Shown: positions 25,715 through 39,587, counted from the stretch's first letter. The stretch is DNA of 64,000 nt from Octopus sinensis (GCF_006345805.1 NC_042997.1:52886001-52950000); one strand, 5' to 3'. Translations and numbers: made by a program. Notes: a model not told the origin generated them from the sequence alone.

Positions 25715-25834
25715 TCTACTCTTTTTATTTGTTTCAGTCGTTTGACTGCGGCCATGCTGGAGCACCGCCTTTAGTCGAGCAAATCGACCCCAGGACTTAT
25801 TCTTTGTAAGCCTAGTACTTATTTTATCGTTCTC

Positions 25835-25838
<4 letters not shown>
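25715..25838 (-). mobile_element. SINE family A, 3' fragment
   Basis: TTGTTTCAGTC.TTTGACTGCGGCCATGCTGGAGCACCGCC..GACCCCAGGACTTATTC. Confidence 0.85.
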
Positions 25839-25878
<40 letters not shown>

Positions 25879-25892
25879 ACACATATATATAT

Positions 25893-27652
25893 ATGTATAA
25901 CCTTAGGATATTAATCAACACATACCGAGAAGGACTCACGGACAAGGAGTTTGAATACATCACTAACTTCAAGTGCAAATCGAGTTTGTTCTATGGTATC
26001 CCTAAAGTACACAAAAGCCAAATAATTAGAGAAACATACAAAACATCTACCGATATACTCATCAAAATCCCTTCACCAAATGATCTTAAACTTAGACCGA
26101 TAATAGCAGGGCCAGCATGTGAGACTCACCGCCTCAGCAATTTCTTAGACACACTTCTTAAACCTTTCCTAAAAGAACATCAAAAGCTACGTGAGAGACG
26201 ATATAGACATGCTCAACCACCTCCCTAAAACAGTCAATGAGAAAACCCTTCTAGTATCCTTCGACGTAGTTAACCTTTATTCTAACATCCCTCACACCCT
26301 AGGAATAGAAGCGATCACCTTCTGGCTGAATAACTACTCCTTTGAACTACCAACTCGCATAAACAAAGATCTTATAATAGAAGGACTTAGATTTATTTTA
26401 GAAAACAATTACTTTATTTTTGACAATAATTTCTACAGACAAAAATCGGGAACAGCGATGGGCACGCGTACTGCGCCTTCTTTTGCCAACCTAGTGATGG
26501 GATACCTCGAGAAAATACTCTACCAGATAACACTCAAGAAATATGGAAACACCTTCTCCACCTATATCCAGAACAACTGGAAAAGATACCTCGACGACTG
26601 TTTTATCCGCTGGGATAAAAGTATAGAGAAACTTGAGGAATTTAAAATGCTATTAAATGGAATAAATGATAATATACAATTCACGATGGATCATAACGAA
26701 GAAGAATTACCATTTTTAGACATCCTCATTAAGAAAACCGGCAACAAATAGAGACAGATATCTATTATAAACCGACAGACTCCAAACAGTACCTACCCTT
26801 TGATTCATGCCACCCACGACACACTAGAATAAATATCCCTTTTTGTTTAGCTAGAAGGATTTGCACCATAATATCAGACACAAACACCCGACACACACGT
26901 CTCCAGGAACTTAGAACCACACTCACAAATAGAAACTATCCCTAATAGACAGTGCAATCCAACGGGCACTTAAATTAAGTATAGAAGACCTGAGACAAAC
27001 AAAACCAAAAAAGAAAGAACAATTAAAAACCCTTCCCTATATCTCTACACACAACCCACTTAACAATGAGGCCTTCAGCACCATACTACAAAGCACAGCC
27101 CTACTAAAGGGAGACCCAAAGATGAACCGGATCCTCGAAACACACACCATCATTAAAAGTAAACGGCAACCAAAATCCTTGAAAAGGATTTTAACCCAAG
27201 CTAAACTGCATTCAACATCAACCACAAAACCAGCAGTTAGAAAATGTGGAAGGCCCAACTGCGGAATCTGTGTCATCTTGGTAGAAGGTTCAGAATTTAT
27301 ACTAGAACAAGGCCATCAGTTCACCATTAGAACAAACTTCACCTGTGCATCAGAAAACTTAATTTACGTCTTAACATGCGCAGGCTGCAATAGGCAATAT
27401 ATAGGCCATACAAAAAATAGCTTACGTAATAGGATGGCGGTGCATAAATCACAAATTAGAAACCCTGAATACCGGAAAATACCGGTCAGCGGACACATAG
27501 ATAGATGTGCTGTAAATGAAAATCCGAAATTTACAACTTACCCACTTTACAAATTCAGTGACAGCGTAACCTTCACTCAACGCCAAAATAAAGAACTTTA
27601 TTTCATCAAAAAATTTAGACCAAGTTTGAACACCCTGGGCCAAGAATATTAA
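25893..27652 (+). pseudogene. Penelope-like element ORF: reverse transcriptase + C-terminal GIY-YIG endonuclease (5'-truncated, frameshifted)
   Basis: RT motifs FYGIPKVHK, LRPIIAG, LVSFDVVNLYSNIP, YRQKSGTAMG, RYLDD, LPFLDI; YYKPTD..YL..SCHP.H thumb; C-terminal CGRPNCGIC..LIYVLTCAGCNRQYIGHT..LRNRM..H..E..FI..F.P.LN; frame breaks at ~26175, ~26750 and ~26945. Confidence 0.93.
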
Positions 27653-27929
27653 AACAAAACATTGGTCTTCCGAAAAAGAAAAAACGAAATTCTACCACAA
27701 CCACTACGACTGCTCCCACTAGCACTACTACTACAACCACCGTGGTCACTACCATTACTGCTACGATCAACAGCCCCCTACTACTACCACTGCAGCTACG
27801 GCCACAGTGAGAGAATTAAAATAGTGGAGGTGGAGGGAATTACAATTTCTCAGATCCTCAAACAGTCACCCCCGCTGGCAGTGGTATGTCTTAGGGAAGG
27901 AAGAATTTATAAAAAGATTTTTTCTCTGC

Positions 27930-28240
27930 GGGCAGATCTGATTTTGATTCGTCAAAAAATTGATGACGTTTTACCTCCGTGGTCAAACTAGTCGTTCTGC
28001 TTGGCTAGCCACCTTACAGGAGACAGTTATGGGTCAGATCTGATTTTGATTCGTTAAAAAATTGATGACGTTTTTCTTCCGAGGTCAAACTAGTCGTTCT
28101 GCTTGGTTAGCCACCTTACAGGATACAGTTATGGGTCAGACCTGATTTTGATTCGTTAAAAAATTTATGACGTTTTTCTTCTGTGGTCAAGCTTGTCGTT
28201 CTGCTTGGTTGGTTTCCTAACAGGATACAGTTATGGGTCT
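27930..28240. repeat. Three tandem ~102-bp repeats within the Penelope 3' region
   Basis: GGGTCAGATCTGATTTTGATTCGTTAAAAAATTGATGACG...ACAGGATACAGTTAT units start at ~27930, 28031 and 28133. Confidence 0.9.
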
Positions 28241-28574
28241 TTTCCTTATATTCGTTGAAGCTGGGTTTTGATTGGTTTGGAATTATATGACGTCAGTGAA
28301 CAGTGCCAGAGTAGCTGATATAACCCCAACAGACGACGACCAAGAATCACTTCTGTTGCTCCCATTGGAACACAAGGTAAAATCTATAATGAACTTCTCC
28401 ACTACACTCGACAAAACAGTAAGGAACGACTATGAATTTTTTTCTATTATACTCTTTATAATATATTTGATAAGGTTCGCCTTTTTAAGAACATGGATTC
28501 TATTGAATGTATATAGCATGGATTCTATTGAATGTATGTAACAATTATGAACTGTTCCATTATACTGTTTATTA

Positions 28575-28626
28575 TAATTTTTTTTGATAAGGTTCGTTAT
28601 TTCAAGAACCGAAACATGTAAAATTA
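28575..28626 (+). ncRNA. Hammerhead-like motif at the Penelope 3' end (degenerate CUGANGA box)
   Basis: TTT-TTGATAA-GGTTC-loop-GAACC-GAAA-CATG-TA-AAA: 5-bp helix II, palindromic helix III ACATGT, UA site; partial preceding copy at ~28466-28492. Confidence 0.55.
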
Positions 28627-28683
28627 AAATTTATCTAATATAGTGGCGTTTTCAAACTTCTTTTTTACAAATATATATATATA

Positions 28684-28845
28684 GGGGCAGGAGTGGCTGT
28701 GTGGTAAGTAGCTTGCTAACCAACCACATGGTTCCGGGTTCAGTCCCACTGCGTGGCATCTTGGGCAAGTGTCTTCTGCTATAGCCCCGGGCCGACCAAT
28801 GCCTTGTGAGTGGATTTGGTAGACGGAAACTGAAAGAAGCTCGTC

Positions 28846-28905
<60 letters not shown>

Positions 28906-29131
28906 TGTCTGTGCATCTGTGTTTGTCCCCCTAGCATTGCTTGACAACCGATGCTGGTGTGTTTATGTCCCCGTCACTTAGCGGTTCGGCAAAAAGAGAC
29001 CGATAGAATAAGTACTGGGCTTACAAAGAATAAGTCCCGGGGTCGATTTGCTCGACTAAAGGCGGTGCTCCAGCATGGCCGCAGTCAAATGACTGAAACA
29101 AGTAAAAGATAAAAGAAAGAAAGATAAAAGA
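28684..29131 (+). mobile_element. SINE family A, full length
   Basis: tRNA-like head, internal (TA)n, LINE-like tail. Confidence 0.92.
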
Positions 29132-29137
29132 TATATA

Positions 29138-29190
<53 letters not shown>

Positions 29191-29193
<3 letters not shown>

Positions 29194-29355
29194 GACGGGC
29201 TTCTTTCAGTTTCTGTCTACCGAATCCACTCACAAGGCTTTGGTCGGCCCGAGGTTATAGTAGAAGACACTTGTCCAAGGTTCCACGCAGTGGTCTGAAC
29301 CCGGAACCATGTGGTTGGTAAGCAAGCTACTTACCACACAGCCACTCCTGCGCCT
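29191..29355 (-). mobile_element. SINE family A, 5' half inverted relative to 28684-29131
   Basis: Reverse complement of the family A head. Confidence 0.9.
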
Positions 29356-29899
29356 ATTTATATTCATATATTAATGGCGGTGTAAGAGACTTTTCAAACA
29401 TTGAAATATGCAACAAAATGATATTTTCAGAATCATTTGAAAATCTGAGAGAATAATAAAAATGTACACTTTAGTTTTAACGTAAGTATTAATACTATGG
29501 ATATTCTTTAAATGACATTCTGCTATATTCTTTAAGTCATAGAAATATAGACAGTTAAAATAACAGAAGATATAAAATTACTTAACTGTGGTGTGTTTCT
29601 GAAATTCCGACCATGAGCTCAACCTTACTGACATCTTTAAAAACTTTTACGCCTCAATCAAAAATATGAAACTAACTGAAGCTGTTAATAAATAAGCCTT
29701 ACAGAATAATCCTGTATATTAGCTCACTCACTTACACTCTCTCTCTCTCTCCCTCCTCCCTTCTCTATGTATGAATGTGTATACACACACACACACACAC
29801 ATACACACACATACACACACAAACACACACGCACACATACATACACACATACACACACATATGACATACACGTGTACACACATACATACACACACACGC

Positions 29900-29935
<36 letters not shown>

Positions 29936-30017
29936 ATGTACGTATATATATATATATACATAGATATACATATATATACATATATACATATATATATACA
30001 TATATACATATATATAC

Positions 30018-30068
<51 letters not shown>

Positions 30069-30071
30069 TAC

Positions 30072-30104
<33 letters not shown>

Positions 30105-31838
30105 AATGATAAAATTGCACTATCCGCAACGTTATAAGATCTAATTAACGAACAAATTCCCAAGTAAAAATGTTGACAATCCCTACACCAAATCTCAGAA
30201 GATGTTTTGCAGCAAGTTCTAATGATTTAGCCGACTGGAAGAGAGATTTCCTAAAATATTTTCCCTTCCGTAAATTGCTATAAATTACCTTATATTTATG
30301 GTTTGTTATTTCTTATTACGTGATATTATTAGCTATTTCCACGAGGCAGAATATTTTCTGTGGTTTTTAAGGTTGTGGCCTTGCAGAAGACTGCAATCTA
30401 ACAATGAAATATCACAACTTATTTTCACGATTGAATTATGTCGCAATCTAATTTTCTTGCGGCGATAAGACTTAAAGCATAATGTACAACTGTGTTTGAC
30501 ATAAAGGCCCCAGAACTGTGATATAATGATGGTGGTTCTATGCTCGAGGGCAATTAGATATTATATGGCAATGAGATTTCAGTCAAATGGAGTTCTGTCA
30601 ATCAATTATACATTTTTTAATATATATATATATTTTTGTATATTTAGCGACATTTTTACTATGTCCCAAAGGCTTTGGGGAAATAAAATTAATGATATTC
30701 TTTGCGCAGAATTCCCGGCGACATTTTATAATAAGAAATCAAGGTTTTTCCATTGTTTCCTTATGCGTTACAAAGCAAAAATAAATAAGCCAGAACAAGC
30801 AAGTACAAGAAAATTAAAAAAGCAAACAAACAAATTATTTTCAAGCTTCGGGCTATAAAGGAAAAGTCATTTCAAAAACTGATCTTTTCTCGCGCCACAG
30901 CATAATCCGGACGGAAATACACATAAATATGCTGTATGGACGCGCAAATAAACTAGTTTGCGAAGCTGACTGATTCATCGCACTGGTTTAAAGATCTTCC
31001 ACCAAATTTAGGGATTTTACTTAATTTGAAGGATATCTGACTGTATTTTTCTAATTAAGTCGCAATATAATTACAAGAGATGTGGCTCAGTAATAATTGA
31101 ATTTTGACGCTAGAAACATGTCAGTTATGTATCACCAACTGGACTTTAAGGAGTCTACCTAAATCTATCTAAGTCTCTTCGTTAGCTTGACTTAGCGGCA
31201 TGCCAATAGAAAGTTTTAAAATAATGCACTGATTACGAGTATTATAAGTGAATGCACATACATCTTGTAGAAAACATAAAGTTTGTTGTAGTGTAAGGAA
31301 GGAAGAAAAAGGAGAAACAAAGAATTAAAGAAAGCGGTTGAAGGAAGCAGATATGAAAATAATATGAAGAGAACTTAGCGAGATTGGAATTAGAAATGAG
31401 TTATAAGGAAACAAAGAAAACCTAAATGAAATGGGAAAATGCACAATGAAACAAATAAGTATGGAAAGAAAATAATTTCTTTTATACAAAGAGTTTAATA
31501 GTGCAAACCATTTCCGTTAATTTTGTACAATTTAAGGCACACGGTATTGGAGCTTTGGAAGCATACTGATTCGAAGACGAATACAATGAAAAGGAACCAT
31601 CTGTCTTTTTTTCTTTTTTTTTTTTTGTGTATGAGCCTATTGTATATTTAAGTTAGAGCGACACTTGACAATCACATAGTATGTAAGCGTTTGTGTGAAT
31701 GTATGTAGGTATGCATGCATGCATGCCTGTTTGTCTATCTGTTTGTCTGTCTCACTCTCTCTCTCTCTCTCTCTGTATGTATGTATGTATGTATGTATGT
31801 ATGTATCTATCTATCTATCTATTATCTATCTATGTATG

Positions 31839-31966
<128 letters not shown>

Positions 31967-31969
31967 GTA

Positions 31970-32078
31970 TACTCTTTTACTCTTTTACTTGTTTCTGTCA
32001 TTTGACTGTGGCCATGCTGGAGCACCGCCTTTAATCGAGCAAATCGACCCCAGTACTTATTCTTTGTAAGCCTAGTAC
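31970..32078 (-). mobile_element. SINE family A, 3' fragment
   Basis: Matches the family A tail. Confidence 0.85.
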
Positions 32079-32083
32079 TATAT

Positions 32084-32161
<78 letters not shown>

Positions 32162-32621
32162 TGTATGTATGTATGTATGTATGTATGTATATATATATAT
32201 ACACCCCCTGCATGGCCACAGCCTTAGAGTTGAAACGTATAAAAGAATATATAACTCTGTGTTTGCGGGGATGCAAATGATATGTTTAATGCTCCCTTTT
32301 AATTCTTTGAATTCTCTCTGTAAGTAAAATGCTTTTTTCATTAATATATGAGTCGTTAAATATTGAATTTTGGAAGTATCTCCAATATTTTCATTGGTTT
32401 GAGGAGACCGAATTTGCCAGATCCGCGTTAAGACGCGTTTCTTTATGCATGCACTACAGTATTACCCGTCATACGACGCATAAGTTAGGAAACATATCTT
32501 AATCATTCTGGATAATATCAGATAATAATAATATATAGGTGCAAAAATTGTTATTTTAATTTTGTTTTATTTTTTCAAATTTCGTAGTTGCTTCTACAAA
32601 ACAATGAAATGAATTGGGATA

Positions 32622-32850
32622 TCTTTATATATAAAAGTGAAGTTGTGTGTCTGTCTCCTACGATTTAGATTCCTAACTACTCCCACATTTTGCGGTGCAG
32701 TTTAACCAAAACCAGGTATCTTATAGTCGTGATTCATATCGAGCCCTTCTGAGTATTAGCGCGCGTCTACGATGAGTCTACGATTAAAAAATAAATTTAC
32801 CATCATTTTTTCCCGTTTTTAATGCATTTTTTGCTATCATATAAGGGATA
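32622..32850 (+). mobile_element. Helitron-like 5' end
   Basis: A|TCTTTATATATAAAAGTGAAGTTGTGTGTCTGTCT start resembles non-autonomous Helitron 5' termini; no 3' hairpin/CTAG found. Confidence 0.5.
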
Positions 32851-32904
32851 TTTTAAGCCGTGATAAAGTTATGGATATGGATTTGTAAAAAATAACGGTC
32901 TATA

Positions 32905-32958
32905 TCCACTGACGATGAAACAGTATTATATAGTACAATAACTTTCGAAATTTGTGGA
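32905..32958 (+). ncRNA. Degenerate hammerhead-like motif
   Basis: TCCA-CTGACGA-T-GAAA...TTTC-GAAA-TT-TG-TGGA: helix I TCCA/TGGA, helix II GAAA/TTTC; position 17 is G (non-canonical). Confidence 0.4.
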
Positions 32959-33340
32959 GGACAGACACTTTTATCATGCAATAGTGTTGGTGTTCTCTTG
33001 AGGGTTTTTTCATATAATTTTATGATGTGTAGTGGCGTTTGATCTGAATACTAAAAATGGATGTTATCAATAATAATAATGCTGTTTAGTTATAAACTAA
33101 TTACAGACTTAACATATTAATTAATTCCCTCTAAGGTAGCGTGACTAATATAAATTAAAATAAAATTAAACGTAACAAACTTTTAATTTTCTCATTTGTA
33201 TTTTTATACTACATACATATATATATATACACATACATACACACGCACACACACACAAACGCACACACACACGCACACACACACAACGCACACACACACG
33301 CACACACACACACACTCACACACACACACACATATATATA

Positions 33341-33459
33341 TAGGCGCAGGAGTGGCTTTGTAGTAAGAAGGTTACCTTGGGCAGGTGTCTCCTACTATAG
33401 CCTCGGGCCGACCAAAGCTTTGTGAGTGGATTTTTATAGACTGAATGTGTAAAAAGTCC

Positions 33460-33494
<35 letters not shown>

Positions 33495-33680
33495 TTGACA
33501 ACCGGTGTTGATGTGTTTACGTCCTCGTAGCATAGCTGTCTGGTCAAAGAGGCCGATAAAATAAGTACTAAATTTGTTTTAAAAAGTTAAGTACTAGGGG
33601 CGATTCATTCAACTAAAACTTCTCCAAGGCGGTGCCCCAGCATGGCCGCAGTTTAACGATTGGAATAAGTGAAAGACAAA
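33341..33680 (+). mobile_element. SINE family A, older and internally deleted copy
   Basis: GGCGCAGGAGTGGCT head and GGCGGTGCCCCAGCATGGCCGCAG tail. Confidence 0.8.
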
Positions 33681-33724
33681 AAATAAATAGATGACAATCA
33701 TAAAAGTTTAAAGTGAAGAAAAGA

Positions 33725-33930
33725 CTGCGTGCTATCAGAGTCGTTAGCAAGCCGGATGAACTGCATGGCGGTATTTCGTTCGTCTTCATGATCTGAGTTC
33801 AAATTCCACCGTGTTCAACTTTACCTTTCATCCTTTGGGAGTCGATAAGTACCAGTGGAGCATTGGGGTTAATGTAATTGACTACCCTCCTCACCCAAAT
33901 TTTAGGCTTTGTGTCTATAATAGAAAGGAT
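33725..33930 (+). mobile_element. Degenerate SINE family B
   Basis: CTGAGTTCAAATTCC..CTTTCATCCTTT..GTCGATAAGTACCAG core. Confidence 0.75.
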
Positions 33931-34374
33931 AATTTATTTGTTTATTGCCCAAATGAGGCTAAACATAGAGGGGACAAACAAGGGGATTAAGTCGATTACA
34001 TCGACCCCAGTGCGTAACTGGTACTTATGTAATCGACCCCGAAAGAATGAAAGGCAACTTCGACCTCGGCGGAATTTGAACTCAGAACGTAACGGCAGTC
34101 GAAATACTGCTAAGCATTTCGCCTAGCGTGCTAACGTTTCTAATTTCTTTATTGCCCACAAGGGGCTAAACGCAGAGAGGACAAACAAGGACAGACAAAC
34201 GGATTAAGTCGATTATATCGACCACAGTGCGTAACTGGTACTTATTTAATCGACCCCGAAAGGATGATAGGCAAAGTCGACCTCGGCGGAATTTGAACTC
34301 AGAACGTAACGGCAGCCGAAATACTGCTAAGCATTTCGCCCAGCGTGCTAACGTTTCTGCCAGAGCGCCGCCTT
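33931..34374 (-). mobile_element. SINE family B dimer inserted antisense into the tail of another B copy
   Basis: Two head-to-tail units; 17-bp TSD TCTATAATAGAAAGGAT at ~33914-33930 and ~34375-34391. Confidence 0.88.
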
Positions 34375-35684
34375 TCTATAATAGAAAGGATTATCATTAG
34401 TAGTAGTAGCAGGAGGAGAAGGCGGGGGGGGGGGCAAAGGCGAAGAAGAGGGGAAGGTGAAAGAAGAAATAGAAAAGCAACAATAGACAGAGGAGAAAAT
34501 AGAGGAGGTAGATTATTTGTTGGTGTAATGTCAGTTGTAGTCGATGAAAGAGTGAGGAGAAGAGTAAATCCACATGAGGTAGTGTTACCAAGCAATCAAT
34601 GTGTATAGGATTTGTGTGTATATTTCTGGATATTTTTGTTTTAAGTTTTTTGCAAAATCCATGTCGATCACTCACAAAGTGATAAGGTTTCTTTGTTTGA
34701 ATGAAGAATGTTCTGGGGATTTGCGAATATGTGAATGCGAACTAATGTGTGCATAATAAATGAGCATATGGATGGATTTATTTGTACTCGTGCAAAGGAT
34801 GAGCATGTCTCATAAGTATGTAACATTAGCTTTTATGTGTGTATAGGCACATATGCACATATGCGATGGTATCTTTGTGTTAAAATTCATAAACTCAAAT
34901 GGAGAGTCTCCTATATTCACTATGTGTTAGGTGTGTGTCATTTTGCTTTGATCTTTCTTGAAAGACCTCTGCATCTCCAGGTCTATATGTAAATCTACTG
35001 TTACAAAGCCCAGTGTTTCGATGACATTGGACACACATAAGAATTTATAGATAACTATAAGAGTACTAGATTCCACATTAGTTTACCATATAATTTCTCC
35101 AATTCTACAATGGTAGACAAAACAGTCACTTCTATCACCCATCCGAACTTCATATAAAAGTAATTATCAGGCCCTATAGTGCTTGCACGGTCTTGCTGCT
35201 TTTATTACAATGCTCCACTTGTATTCCTTATTGTTAAGTGTGGTTTTAGCTCTCATGCATCTATGCTATAGTTATCAAGACGAACATTTCCCTGAATAGC
35301 ATTGTAAACAGTTGTTGTAACAATGTTGTTTCATAGGAAGGTAGTATCCTGAAGATATTTTTTGGGTTGTTTCAGACAATGTGAGTAATATTTTCCCCAC
35401 TAGTGACACGATCGGCATTTTCTATCATAACATGTGGGGACATCCTTATTTATTTCTTTTGTTGATCAAGGTTTTAGTACCTATAACCTGCTCCTGAAGG
35501 GTGAAGGCGAATACTTTTTATGTGGGATGCAATATATCTACAACACATCTAGAAGATACTGTATTGCATGTCAATATTGTTATCTTGCGGAATATTACCC
35601 ATGAATAATCTTCTGCTAATATGAGTAATAATAGTAATAAAAGTTGTTGTTGGTGTTGCTGCTGTTGTTTGATTGTTTGTTTGT

Positions 35685-36055
35685 TGAGCGAAGTAGTCTT
35701 CGTCCCATTAGTGGGAGAAGTCCGAAACGTGGTCCTTTGCTATTCGTAAGACCCGCAGAAGAGAAAGCAGGTCAGCCCCCGACACCGAGAACATCGACGG
35801 GTGGATAAATGCGCATCCAGATTCAGCGGTTGCGTAGGAAGTCGGGGACAAGAAACAGGAAGAAAGAGTGAGAGAAAGTTGGAACGAAAGAGTACAACAG
35901 GGGTCGCCACCACACCCTGCCGGAGCCTTGTGGAGCTTTAGGTGTTTTCGCTCAATAAACACACACAACGCCCGGTCTGGGAATCGAAACCGCGATCCTC
36001 CGACCTGTCGGATCCTCCGAGTCTGCTACCCTAACCACTGGGCCATTGCGCCTCC
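35685..36055 (-). mobile_element. SINE with the family C head and a different 3' tail
   Basis: Head and body match 20212-20375; the tail is unrelated and ends in (CAAA)/(CAA) repeats. Confidence 0.85.
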
Positions 36056-39000
36056 TGCTGCTGCTGTTGCTGTTGCTCATGTTGTTTCTGTTCAAGAAAG
36101 TCAATTCAGTTCTATGCGAGGTACATGGAACAGCTATACACTTGCTCAAGAGTTCTTAAACAACGCTCTGTATGTTATTATTTTCACTTGTGAGCACGCA
36201 TCCGATGTATACATTTCCCTCATTATTGTTTCATAGACGTTGTCTGAGTAATACGGTGCGGCACACATAGAATGCTTTAACTGACCTTATGCTGCTCTCT
36301 CTCCATCCCTCTCGTCATTTAAAATGGACCATGGATATGTCAGCTTTCGAGTAAAAGTTACTAATGGTAGTTACTGTACCATCTGAAGTTGTTGAAATAT
36401 TCCTGTATCCCTCATCCTGAAATTCTCGTTGCATTCATCATTGGAGACAGAGGTGAGGTAGGCACGCCATTAGTTTCTATACTCCTTGCTTTTCAACAAT
36501 CTTTCGTTAACTGACTGCTAAGTTTGAACTTTCATCCTGAGCGTCGTTTGTAATCGTAAATATTATTTGAACGCAACTTCAGCTCATGAACAAAAAGGAG
36601 TGAATGTTATCAATTTTTCTTTCCCCTGCCAATTTGCCTCGTGTCATCGGGGGCAAAAAGTGGTAATACCACCCAGCCGACTTGGTGAAAAGGGAGATTC
36701 TTGAACACCTTGCGAAAAACAGAATCTGAGAGGGAATGAATGAACTCAAAACATCAAAATTTGCTATTATTTTTTCTGTGGTTTTGAGGTGAGGTGTTTT
36801 GTCTGTCATGAATTTCTGCCATATCACGAAAGAAGTTTCTGCATTATTCTTATTTTCGAGCTCCATGCTTCTTATACCTTCTAGGATATTACTACTTGTA
36901 TTTTTTTTTTTTTTTTTGCATAAATGTGAATGTTGATTCTGCTCGTTAATGTTACACAATTTCCATTTTCTTCGGACACAATTTGATTGCAGCTTTAAAT
37001 ACTTAATCCCAAAATGTACAAAGCTGAGCTATTTTAAATCCCAGTACTTCAGCGTTTTTATGAAGCAGATTGAATAACTTTCATATGCCATTTCATAAAT
37101 ATTTTTATATGTCTGATTCGTATCAAAAGAAGGTTTATTTTTTGATAACTTCTGCTCTTACATTATTGACGTCAGTTTCTTATCTCTCATCGTCCGTACA
37201 TTGTAATTATTCTGGCTTATATGTGGAGAATTTATTTATCCGTTTGAATATTGCTACAGTCTGTGGTACATAAGTTTTCCTTTTCATGATTATTTGAGCA
37301 GACTACTTGAGAGAACGAAAATTATTCTCTATATTATTCTCTATAGCGTGGCGAATACAAATGTGTGAGCTTCGAATTTAACAATCATTGCCGAATCCCT
37401 ACTGAAGCACCGCATTTGATTAAAATAACTTCATTAAATTTCCAGTTACATTTATTATTGGCTAAAAACAGGAATCAACTGCGAATATATACTTACATTT
37501 TTAAACAAAAATGTTGGAGCCTAACATTTTTTTTTTTCGTAGGTACACTTTATCACACACACATAACTTTTTCTTTTTGTTTCTTTCTCTCCCTTTAGTT
37601 ATCTGTCTGTCTGTCTGTCTGTCTGTATGCTTGCATGTATGTATGTGTATGTATATTCATGCATATATGTGCGTGTGCACACACATATACATATATGTGT
37701 GCGTGTGTGTATATGTATATGTTTATTCATACACAGACATTAAAACTATGTTTGTCTCTTTCTATATATATAAAATGATATATATTTGTGAAACAAACAA
37801 AACCTGCTTTGGAAACTGTATATCTTATGACACTATCGAATATCTGCTAAAAGACCAAAGCGGTATTCGCTAACATTGCATGGATATAAAATGTATGCTA
37901 AAATTACATATGTCATTACCATCCGATGAGAATACCTAAGCATGACTAGCTAAAATTACATCAGCTAACTATGAAGCTCAATAAATCATGAACTATTAAT
38001 CTATAGAGAATTATAAATTCAATCCACGATAAGCAAAAACAGTAGGATAATATTTAACAATAGGTTTATTTACATTCTCCACCGGTCGATAAATCAATGT
38101 GACAAGCTAGAACGACCATAATAGATTGTGCATACGATATCAGGCTTCGATTTTGACACCAAGAAAACGATACATACGTAAAATGACGAATACTATAAAT
38201 AAAATCAAAAGAGTGAATGTCACTTAGACAAAGATTTACTATATTGCAAGCCAAGTTCTTAACTGGTATAGAAAGGATGAATGGGAAACTAGGGCCGCAA
38301 CTTTGAACTCAGGTCATTAAAAGCTTGCTTCAGTGTGTTCGGTTTGGGGTTTAAGTTAGACATGGCCTGGACCAATCTTTGGTCGAAATATATCTAAGTT
38401 ATCTAAGTTATCTAATAAGAAATTACTATAATGTGAAAGAGAGGCGACTCCAGATCATCAGCGTCACTCGGGTTGATCACAGATTTTGCATAAGATACAT
38501 ACTTGCTTGAAGAATTTCACGTTTCTCCGCTTTATTTCTAGCCCCAAATGGCTTTTTTCATATATCTAGATCTATGTCTTTCTCCATTTCTAAGTTTAGG
38601 GTAAAAATAAAGCAACCCTGCAAAACACAACTGATCTTTACACACAGACGCACAGAATAACAGCAATCAAATAATGACAGCGGAGTGCACAACAAACATC
38701 AGCTATCCGACTGTCGCCTATACTCTTGACAAGAGATGCCAGTTAATCTTTTACACCTACCAGGCTCGTTCGTATTAGCCCGAGTCGTTGGATAATTTTT
38801 CGTTCCTTTAAGAATATTGTAGAACGGAAACTTTTCATAGATTTTATAGATTGGAATTTAAATCCTAATCGCTAAAGAAATTTATTGTTTCAAGAAAACA
38901 TTGAATTTGAATTACTTTTAATTTTTACGATTGTAGATAACAACTCGCCAGTAATTTCTGAGCCCGAGTCAGGTACGTGTGAACGATGTCAAGAGAACGT

Positions 39001-39587
39001 CTGCTACGAATGATATTTTTTGACACCAGGCACCTCTAAGACGACCGCCAAACGCTGAACGAAAATAAATAAACTGCGACCAGGCTCAATAAAAGGAACC
39101 CGTGGTATTGGTTTTAATTACATACCTGAAGTTAGTGTTGGCAGAAATTAAATCAGCTTGCGTTCACTTTACTAAATTTATACTCGGACTAAGCCGAACA
39201 CCCTGAGTGCTGGAATCTCCACTGATGTGACAAGCTTTTTCATGAAATGTACGGTTAAACGTTGTCATATGTTACCTCTCTGGCTCCAGAAGACAAAATG
39301 GAAAAGGTGTTGTCCCGAAAGATGGTAAAGGAAATCCGCTGAAACAACCACTCTGACTCACGGAGCTCACACTTGCGTACAGTTATTTCCGCCTCGATAG
39401 TGGTGAGCAGGAATATGGTCCCGGGGCCAAGAACGCAGGAGGTCTCCACTCCACAGGCCCATCTATAAATGTGTCGGAGAGCGACCGATACTTAGCTTGG
39501 CCTAGACGCTGCAGGCTTCCCTTCCCAGCTCGAGCCAGCGAGGCTAGACCGACGAGACGGTAAAAGGACGGACGGTATGACAGTTTT

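Larger units (their letters stand above)
27653..28670 (+). mobile_element. Penelope-like element 3' pseudo-LTR region
   Basis: Directly follows the GIY-YIG stop, contains tandem repeats and a hammerhead-like motif, and ends at (TA)n. Confidence 0.7.

Noticed and set aside
27930-28240. CRISPR-like regular repeats
   Set aside because: Contiguous tandem units without unique spacers, in eukaryotic DNA inside a Penelope element
28684-28760. tRNA gene candidates at SINE heads (also 20212 and 39588)
   Set aside because: A/B boxes are present but continue into SINE bodies; no complete cloverleaf
36579-36959. 126-aa minus-strand ORF
   Set aside because: No motif or homology recognised; runs through a poly-A tract
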